From Eledone cirrhosa (taxonomy: Eukaryota), in contig OZ024742.1 in the NCBI GenBank assembly GCA_964016885.1, positions 169,508,001 through 169,572,000 of the forward strand: a stretch of 64,000 nucleotides of DNA, given 5' to 3'. Below the pieces are notes generated by a model. The model worked only from the letters and a program-made list of their open reading frames with translations. It searched no databases and was not told where the DNA came from. Shown here piece after piece: positions 54,771 through 64,000 of the stretch. Every line of letters begins with the position of its first letter. Position 1 is the first letter of the stretch. Position numbers and translations under genes: made by a program.

Positions 54771-56428
54771 TATCATCATCATCATCAACGTTTAACGTCC
54801 GTGTTCCATGCTTGCATGGGTTTGGACGGGGGTTTTCCCATTTGAGGCAAGAGTGGTTGCCTTGCTCGCATAGGACTGTCTGGCGGGTTTTCTACAGCTG
54901 GATGCCCTTACTAACACCAACCACATTTACAGTGTGGGGCTGGGAGGTTTTTACCGTGTTGCCTACACGGCCACATTTACAGCGTGGACTGTGTTTTTTT
55001 TGCCGTGACACCTACACGATCTCATTTGTTTCGGCCTGGATGTTGTGGCACCAACATAACTTTACATTGAAAGGGGCGGTGTGGATGGGGTGGGGTGGTG
55101 GGACGGGGGTGTGTTTTGATAGAGATGCCTACTGACTGTAGTAGGTTTTACTTTGTACTTAGGTTAGGCGGGTCTTCTCTATTACTGAGTACCGCCAAAG
55201 GTCTCGGTCCAGTGACATTGTCTTGGAGAGGTGTAAGCGTGTGAGGTCGGAATTTATGTCGTCCCAGGTTTTTCTGGGTCTGCCTACTCCGTGGCTACCG
55301 TCTATCTTTATTGTCCTGCACTTTGTTATACAGCTGTCGTCTTTCATGCGCATCACGTGACCATACCAACGTAGCCTTCTCTCAAGTAAACAACATCTGA
55401 TCCCTCTTATTTCTAATTTTTTCCTTAGTTCGTTTATGCTTTGCCGTTCACGTATATTACTATTGCACATCCAGCGGAGCATGCAAGCTTCGTTCCTCTC
55501 TAGTCTGCGTATATCCTCTGCACACAATGCCCAGGTCTCACTGCCATGCAGCATTGCTGTTCGTATGCAGGCATCGTATAACCTGCCTTTCATTTTTAGG
55601 GAGAACCCTTTAGCGGCTAATAGTGGTATAAGCTCTCTGAACTTTTTCCATCCAGTTCTGACTCTAGCTACTGTACTTCCAGAGCACCCTCCCCCACTGC
55701 TGATTTTGTCACCCAGGTAACGGAAGCTGTCCACTATTTCTATAGAACCCTCTGCGCAATTGAAAGAGCTAGTATTTTGTGGGCACTTGCTGCTACTTAT
55801 TGCACCAAAGCACCGGCCACATGTAAAATCTATGTTCTTAGTTAGCTTACCTGTGATCCCACTACATCTTTTATGCACCTATACTTTGCATTTGGGACAT
55901 AAAATGGAGTTTCTACCTACGCCTTTCCTACACACTGAGCATGGCCATTTCCCGGAAGGGACCGCCGCCTTATTTTCTTTCCTACAAACTAGAACTTTAG
56001 TCTTAGCCAGGTTAATTTTAAGGCCTTTTGATTCTAGGCCGTGCTTCCATGTTTGGAATTTCTTCTCTAGCTCGGTCATTGATTCAGCTATGAGCGTTAG
56101 ATCATCTGCGTATAGGAGTTCCCATGGGCAGCCGGTCTTGAACTCCTCTGTTATAGCTTGAAGGGCAATAATAAATAGTAGGGGGCTAAGAACAGAGCCC
56201 TGATGGACACCAACTTTTACGCTAAACTCTTCACTATATTCGTTGTTAATTCTAACCTTGCTGACTGTTTCTTTATACATGGCTTGTATAGCTCTCACAA
56301 ACCATTCGTCAACACCTAGTTTTCTAAGAGCCCACCAGATAATGGAACGGGAGACTCTGTCGAAGGCTTTCTCCAAGTCAACAAAAGCTAAGTATAGGGG
56401 TTTACTTTTAGCTAGGTACTTCTCCTGT
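54771..56428 (-). mobile_element. RTE family A, 5'-truncated
   Basis: ORFs 55879-56376 and 55159-55878 (one premature stop); UTR and tail. Confidence 0.92.
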
Positions 56429-57159
56429 TACCTTCATATTTATTACAGTTATTCAGGTCATAACAGTAATCTGTAAGAACTCCTGTATGCCAATGAATTA
56501 CTACTTATAGCCAAGGCTGGATTAATCATTAAACAAGTCATATATTTAACACATCAAAAGAAGAAGTGCAACATTATATTCAAATTAAATATATTTGTCA
56601 TTCACCAAAATATTTTTTGCAGATTTCATGTATGGAGAGCACCATAATCTTTTAAGTGTGTAGGGCCTCAAAAACACTTAATACAACCCTGCTCAAAGCT
56701 GGAACTGTCGGAGAAAATAAACATATCGTTAGGACATCAAGAGCACTATTTTATTTAAATTAAATTGTATTTGGCACCCCCCCCCCCCCCCCCAAAAAAA
56801 AAAAATTATTTTGCAGATTGTATATAATGAGAGAGTGGGGGTACTATAATCGTGTGTGCTTAGGGCCTCAAAAGGATTTAATTTGGCCTTGTTCATAGCT
56901 GGAATACCAAACATGGAAGCAAAGCTTAGAATCAAGAGGGCTCAAAGTCATTCTAGTAAAGACACAAGTTTTAGTTATCAAGTAACAATAGTCTTGTCTT
57001 GGCTATCAAGCAAGATCCACTCCTGATTATATTGGTTTGTTTCTTAAAATTTGGAATAATTGATATTATTGAAGTTATCTCCCTTGCTTAGTATTTTTGT
57101 CATCAAATTGCAAGAATAAATCTGTTACACTAAAATTTTCATTTCATTATATATATATA

Positions 57160-57895
57160 TTTGTCGATCTGGAAAAATCCAGAGTGCCCCATGCTATAAT
57201 GTGGTGGGCTCTTAGAAAACTAGGAGTAGATGAATGGCTTGTGAAAGACATACAAGCCATGTAATGGGGAGCAGTCAGCAAAGTTAGGGTTAACAATGAC
57301 TATAGTGAGGAATTTAGCATACAGGTTGGTGTCCACCAGGGCTCTGTTCTTAGCCCTCTCCTGTTTATTGCAGGCTATAACAAATGTGTTTAAGACCGGA
57401 TGCCCATGGGAACTTCTGTATGTGGATGATCTTACACTTATAGCTACATCTATGGCAGAATTAAAGAAACAATTCCAAACATGGAAGCAGGGACTAGAAA
57501 GAAGGGGTCTCAAAGTCGACCTGACAAAGACTAAGGTCCTCATAAGTAGACAAGAAAACAACCCAGATCCCCTCTTGGAAATGGCCTTGCTCAGTAAGTA
57601 GGAAAGGTGTAGGTACTCCATCCTCTGCCCCACATGCAAACTATGAGTACACAAGAGATGTAGTGGGATCTCAGGAAGCTTAGTTAGGAATGTAGGTTTT
57701 ACATCTAGCAGCCTGACTGGGACAGTAAGCAGCAAACAGCCATAGGAAACAAGCACTACCAAACTTTGGGAGGGCTCTGTAGAAACAGTAGACAGCTTCT
57801 GCTACTCAGATGACCAAATTAGTAGCAGAGGTGGGTGTTCAGAAAGTACAGTAACCAGGGTAAGAACGGGATGGAAGAAGTTCAGGGAGCTAATT
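57160..57895 (+). mobile_element. Decayed RTE family B RT/PHD fragment
   Basis: [21 protein letters not shown]; similar to 16230-16980. Confidence 0.82.
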
Positions 57896-58849
57896 CAGTT
57901 TTTGCGCATGAAATTTCAATATAACTATAGCTCTCCAGCCGTGACCACCCTTCCCCGTAACTGCTAACTGTAAACCCAACCTTAAGCCCTAACTTAACTC
58001 AAACAGAAGCTCTAACTCATAAACATCACCATCATCGTTTCTACGTCTGCTTTTTCATGCCGGCTTGGTGTGGGCGGGACCTTTCAATGCAGTGTTTTAC
58101 GAACGAATACATTTCCTGATGTAAACCCTTTTTAGTCGCTTAGAATAACATGAAGGAATACGATGTTCTTATTTCGACTTAAGTCTTCCTGCATGGGGTA
58201 TTATCTTGGGCAACACATTTCCTCCAGCGTAGACGATCCATTGTTGCTGTTTAGCATCCATTCCATGTTGTTGATGGTCTTCAGATCGTCTTGAAATATC
58301 CGCCGTTATAATATTTGGTCGGCTCCTTTTCTGCTTCACTCCAGAAGGAGTTCAAGTCATCTCTGTTTTCAAATGCTTGTGACCTAGTAGACGTTGAATG
58401 TGGCCAGCCAGGCGGAACCATCGCTGTTGTCTCTTGCAGCGGCAGTTAGTTTGTTCTCAGGCTCCCTTCATTTGTAATCCGTTCTCGCCAGGTGACCTTC
58501 ATAATATTTCTGATGAAACCCCAGGTACCTAACCAGCAATACGTGTTGTAAACTGTTCTAAATATTACTACATGCATAAACATTTTAATGAATCTGTTTT
58601 CAATTTGTTGTTTCAGGGCATAAAACCTCTTTCAACTTACAAACTACCATTGTTTTTTTTTGTTTTTTTTTAAACAAGCAGGACACATAAAATACAAAAG
58701 AAAAAGGCAATGTCACGGCTGAACCGCCTTTGATTGTAGATCTAATAGTGCTAACCGGGCAAGGAACAACAATAACAATAACAACACTACAGTGAAAGAA
58801 CGTAGTACATAGTTAAGAGACGAGATAGTAAATAATACATATATTTATT

Positions 58850-59340
58850 AATGTATGCTTATGGAAGTAAATCAAATCCACACGCCACTACCATAAATGA
58901 AATGAGCAAGTATGTTATCTGGGGGCGAAGAACGCCGGACGTCTCCACTGTCAGCCACAAACAGAGCGGCCGATACTTTGACAGTTTGCTCTCTTTGGAC
59001 TGGCTGGCTGCACCAGGTTGCCGCCAGAGAAAGTGTTACAACATGTAGCATCCCAAATGAAGGGCCGACCCCCCACGGAACATGAAGATTGGCATATCGT
59101 CCCCTCGGTCCAGCCCCGATGGCTCGATCTGGGAAGGGGAGCCTGCGTTATCTGTGCCATGCTTTATGATCTCATTGACAGCAACAAAGTGTGGGAGGCG
59201 GCCAGCACTATAACGGCATGGCAGTGGGTGGAGACCGAACGAATCCATAGTGGAACCGCAGCGGCATTTGGGAGACTCGTAGATCCATAACAGGTTAACT
59301 ATCAAAAGTTGAGAATGCGTTCTACGTCACGATTATTTGA
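58850..59340 (-). mobile_element. Decayed CRE-like non-LTR fragment (CCHC + restriction-like endonuclease)
   Basis: CRCGSTMDSFGLHPLPC..AGR..VNEII..EPSGL..GGRPFIWDATC..KY..VETSG across frames. Confidence 0.7.
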
Positions 59341-61040
59341 GTGTCAATGAGGGCAAGGGAGATAATTCCATGCAGTATGTGTAGGGAGTAAATATTGCCA
59401 GTTACTTGGTAGATTTGTTTCATTCTTAAAATGTCTCACTGTTATATTTTGTTGTTTTTAAGCTTCTACAACATATAATATAACATAACAACACAACATA
59501 GCAGCTGCAACTGAAAGCTAGCTTCTGTTTTTTTTCACGGTAACTATTTGTTATTTACATTTTTCAAACATTCTCGAGAAAAGCAGGAAGGTAACGAGTA
59601 CCAACAAGTTACGCACAACTGTATATACAAGCAGTTACATCTCAGGACGACTGACCAGTTTTGTCTTCACTATTCTGTGTGGAATCTCGCAGTATTCGTC
59701 TTTTTAAAAATTATTATTTCTCACTGTTGTTCTTTAAAATATATAATTCTCCACTGTGATTCAAATCACTAGAAATCTATAAAACAACTGTAAGCGAGAA
59801 AAACAAAACAAAACTAACAAACCAACAAATCCTAGTCATTATATGAATCTATTTTATTTTAAGTCAATAATATTTCATCACTTATAAATGATACTTCATT
59901 TCGAATCAAACTTCTATCGTTCTCTGGTATATATGTTTTTTTTTAATTCTTGATTTTGCTAAATAACAAAAAAAAAAAAAAAATTTAATCCGTAATTGTC
60001 CTTGATAAATGCATTAATATTGCAAGGTAACATTTCCCATTTCCTAAAATAAGTAAAAAAAAAAGCCAAGTTTTTTTAATGTAAAAAAACATTTGTGATA
60101 TTGATGAAGGTTGAAGCAATTTGAATGTTTAGTGAAGTTTCTAACTGAAAAACATTTGCAGCAATTTCTCAAACATTTTATATTGGATGATAATATACTC
60201 GCACAATTCCATACAGCACTATAAAAAGGCTTCGGTTTATTTTTCTTGGCGACAAACACTGAAAGTTTAACACACTCTTACATTTGATGTCATTATTTGT
60301 CTTTATTGATAAATACAATTTATATATTTGTATATTAACACAAATTATATATAAATATCAAAAGAAAAAAAAAAAACACAACAAAAACGAAGACAGCACA
60401 AGAGGCGCGGAAGTTTCTTTCTAATAATATTTAAGGCAATCCAACATACTCGCAGCATTGCCGGAAGTTGTTGAAAGTAAGAGAAACTATTACAGATATA
60501 TAAAGCTAAATAATAAATACTTAATAAGTAACATCTATCTATCCACATGCTGACACCCATTTACACTTGTATTGCCATTGATTATATTAGTCAGTACAAA
60601 TAATGTACACAGTTTCTGAACTACCACTAGAATCTGAACTGTAATTAATACCCTCCTCAAAAAAAAAAAAACCATTTAAATATATATACTTTGAAATTAG
60701 AAATCTACAGTATTTTTCAGGATTCCGGAAATAAATTGTGCAACAAAACATTTTGTAAGCATTGTTGGTTTTAACAACAAAGTCGTATATATTATTAACA
60801 TGCTAGTGTGTATATACTGTTGTTTTAAAGATTGGTGCATATAATATATATATATAAACACACACACACACTTTTATATATACACATACGCACACTCACA
60901 CGTGTATCTATATATAAAGTGTATGTATAGTTTATTTAATTGTGAAACAACTCTTTCATATACTGGTAATTAAAGCTTGTATATCCACACACAAACGTGT
61001 GTTATGTGTTAAAACTATATGTATATTTAAATTCTGAACT

Positions 61041-61946
61041 ATGCAACGCACTACAAAATTATATGTCGGCAACTTGCCTAAGGATGCTAGCGAGAGTTCG
61101 GTGAGCAATCTATTTGCCAAGTTTGGTGATGTTGTGGAATGTGATATAATCAAGGACTTTGGATTTGTTCACTTCACTGAATGCATTGATGCGATGAATG
61201 CTGTTGAAAACTTAAACAACAAAGAATGGAATGGCTCCACCCTCAAAGTGCAACCATCCCACAGTAAAGTACATGTCAAACCCTTTATGGGTTACCGTGG
61301 GGAATGCATTCGCTGTGGTAAAACTGGACATTTATGTAGAGAGTGCCCCACAGTACGGAATCGAAACTTTAATTTTAAAGGTGGGGATATACAGGAGAAA
61401 ACCAGCGCCACTTTAAATCATCTTTCTAAAGAAATCAGTGCTATGAATGGCAGTATTGGTGGTCTTTATTCATTTATCAGCATGGGTAAATATTGGGATA
61501 ATAACAATTACAGAGATTCTCATGAGGATAATAACTACAAACAAAGTTCTTACTCTAAAGATTGGCTACGTACCAACTACAATGGTGACCATAGTAATCG
61601 CTATCAGCAGAGTAACAACAATGATAGGTACAATATTAGCCACAGTGATAAACGGAACCATTATTCTGACAAATATCCACCACCACCTCAGGCTCCAAGT
61701 CGCTACCGCCACCGACCATATCCTAGTGCTGACGAGAGACGGTTGGCATCTTCTCCAATGTCCGAAAGTAAATCTCGACCACCATCATCATCATTTTCAT
61801 CTTCATGTTCACCATCATCTTCTCATCCAAGAAGTAGCAGCAACAGCTGGGATATGAACCCTTATTTCCGGCCACCCCCGGAGTATTATGAACACCGTCG
61901 TAGGACAGAGGGTAACCCACATTTTCCTCGATCTCGCGAACATTAA
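61041..61946 (+). CDS. RBM4/lark-like RNA-binding protein (one RRM + CCHC zinc knuckle + low-complexity tail), intronless
   Basis: KLYVGNLP (RNP2), VECDIIKDFGFVHF (RBM4/lark-type RNP1), CIRCGKTGHLCREC knuckle; 301-aa open frame from ATG to TAA. Confidence 0.85.
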   Translation: MQRTTKLYVGNLPKDASESSVSNLFAKFGDVVECDIIKDFGFVHFTECIDAMNAVENLNNKEWNGSTLKVQPSHSKVHVKPFMGYRGECIRCGKTGHLCRECPTVRNRNFNFKGGDIQEKTSATLNHLSKEISAMNGSIGGLYSFISMGKYWDNNNYRDSHEDNNYKQSSYSKDWLRTNYNGDHSNRYQQSNNNDRYNISHSDKRNHYSDKYPPPPQAPSRYRHRPYPSADERRLASSPMSESKSRPPSSSFSSSCSPSSSHPRSSSNSWDMNPYFRPPPEYYEHRRRTEGNPHFPRSREH

Positions 61947-61954
61947 CAACAATG

Positions 61955-61991
<37 letters not shown>

Positions 61992-62249
61992 CTTGCTCAT
62001 GGAAAAAGTTTTACAACTCCAAAATTCCAAATGGATTTACAAAAAAAAAAAAAATTATAATTTAAAAACAAAAAAACTAAAAAAAAAAGTACTCATATGG
62101 ATGCTTTAGAATGTATGATGCATGTCTTTAATTTGTTCTTGTTTTGTTTTTTTTCTTTTGTTAGCCAGTTTGTTTCCTGAAGTGGCCTCTAACTTTTTAA
62201 CATGTAGATTACCACATCTGGGCTTTAGTGTATTTATCAACAAAGGGTG

Positions 62250-62480
62250 TTGGATTGGCAGGATCAGTAGAATGCTGGACAAAATGCTTTGCGATATTTA
62301 GTTAAAAGCCCTCCTCTGTTCTGAGTTCAAATCCTGCTGAGATTAACTTTACCTTTCATTCTTCTGAGATTGATAAAAAAAAATAACACTAGTCAAGTAA
62401 TGGGGTTGAAATAATCAATCTCCTCCATTCCACCCCCAAAAAACAAACTTTCTGGCCTTGTGCCTATGTTAGAAACCACT
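62250..62480 (+). mobile_element. OK-like SINE
   Basis: ggcaggatcagtag..acaaaatgct..tctgagttcaaat..ctttcatt..gataaaa..tggccttgtgccta. Confidence 0.6.
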
Positions 62481-63164
62481 GTACATGTTACCTAACTATA
62501 CTAAACTCACTCAGCATTTTAGCCATGAGCTCCATCATCATAACCACTTGTTATGGGGCTATGCCCTTCTGAAACTGACATAAAGATAACATTTGTTTAA
62601 ACTATTCCAACCATTTTAGCATAGAAAATTTGTGTTTCTAAAGAAGTGAAGTGTGTGTAAGTGTCTATATAATATTTCTTTGATGTGGGCTAGTATAAAT
62701 AATTATTTTTAGTGTGACAAAGTAGCAGAGTCATTAGAACATTGAGTAGATTACTTTACGGTATTTGTTCTGGCTCTCTGAGTTCAAAAGCTGCCAAGGT
62801 CAATTTTGCCTTTCATTCTTTCAGGGTTGATAAAAAAAATACCAGTCCTGAACTCGGGTCAATTCTTCCTCTGTATCTGTTTCTCACTTCTTTTCTAGAA
62901 GAAGCTGTGTTCAGACCTTGAAAGGAGATGAGCTCTGCTAGGTTTTGAAAATGCCCATTGTCACTACAGTACTACTAAAACTCCACCAGGAGTTACGGGT
63001 CCATACATACAAATAAGTATTTAAATTGAATGAAGGTATTTTGTTTTTTAAAGCAGATACAAGGGACATAATGTTGACTGTATGATATAAATTCAGTTAA
63101 ATCATTTATCAATGCTTTATGAATATATGGATGTATGTGAAACACACACACACACACATATATA

Positions 63165-63973
63165 TCTATCTATATATAAAATTCCTTGTCTGTCTGTTCC
63201 TATGCATTCTCAAATGGCTGGATCAAATCAAATTTTACAAGGTATTAGACCCTGGGGAGTGTCAACATGTAATTTATTTTCATTTAGATTAAAACAATAT
63301 ATTTTATCTAAAATAACCTTTCTATAGTAAACCACCACCATGACGTCACATTGTATATGAGTGTGTTTGTGTTTGCGAGTTTGTTACGTACGTTAGGCCT
63401 CAGAGAATTAAACACACACACACACATCTACACATACATATAGCCTTAGTAAGTTGCATTCACATTATCTTCACACACAGACAATTAAACACACACACAC
63501 ACACATCTATACATACAGATACATATGTGATGACAGACAGGTGTGCTTGAATGTATGTCTGTGTGAGTATGTGAACATTTTAATTTTCATTTGCATTAAA
63601 ACAATAGAAAACAACACATCACATTTTGTATATGAATATGTATGTGTCTGTGTGTACGTGTTCATTAGGTACGTTATTAAATACACACACACATCTACAT
63701 ATAACATATGTAGCAACTGTAAAAAAAAAATGAGGTGAAAAGCTATGTGTGTGTGTGTAGCAACAATTTATTCATTTAGACACCAACAAAAAATTACACA
63801 ATGAATATTATTTACCCTAAGGTGCTTTAAGATTTTCATTTCTAAATTCTATTTAGATATTTTTTCTTATAAAATATAGATATTTTGAAATTATGAGGAA
63901 AAAAAAAATCTTATTGTTTACTAATCTGAATAAGAACAGCAGTAACCCAGGTAACACTGAGTAATTCAGCTAG
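63165..63973 (+). mobile_element. Non-autonomous Helitron-like element
   Basis: 5' TCtatctatatataaaa..gtctgtctg; 3' degenerate hairpin then CTAG, between host A and T. Confidence 0.6.
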
Positions 63974-64000
63974 TATATATATAAAGTTGTAGTGCTTGTG

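Overview
Eukaryotic, AT-rich, repeat-saturated genomic DNA. The SINE types and very long (AT)n tracts suggest a coleoid cephalopod such as Octopus (inference). Positions ~1-42 kb are a nest of young retroelements separated by long interrupted (AT)n/(ATGT)n microsatellites, and nearly all 'YIYI' ORFs in the track are artefacts of those tracts. Recognisable elements: many copies of RTE-clade LINEs whose reverse transcriptase carries an inserted C4HC3 PHD finger (subfamilies here called A and B, plus a short-tailed relative C); an RTE lineage with C-terminal C2H2 fingers and its ~0.6-kb bipartite non-autonomous derivative, one copy showing a twin-priming-type 5' inversion; three CR1-type LINE copies; three Penelope-like elements (two Naiad-type, one Penelope/Poseidon-type with an inverted pLTR); several hammerhead ribozyme motifs, including U3-A8 core variants and one with a long stem II; tRNA-derived SINEs; foldback/MITE hairpins; non-autonomous Helitrons; piggyBac-like MITEs; a decayed mariner; and a CRE-like RLE fragment. 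Positions 42-64 kb hold older, decayed repeats and the only likely host gene, an intronless RBM4/lark-like RRM + CCHC ORF (61041-61946). Boundaries were read by eye and are approximate to a few bases.
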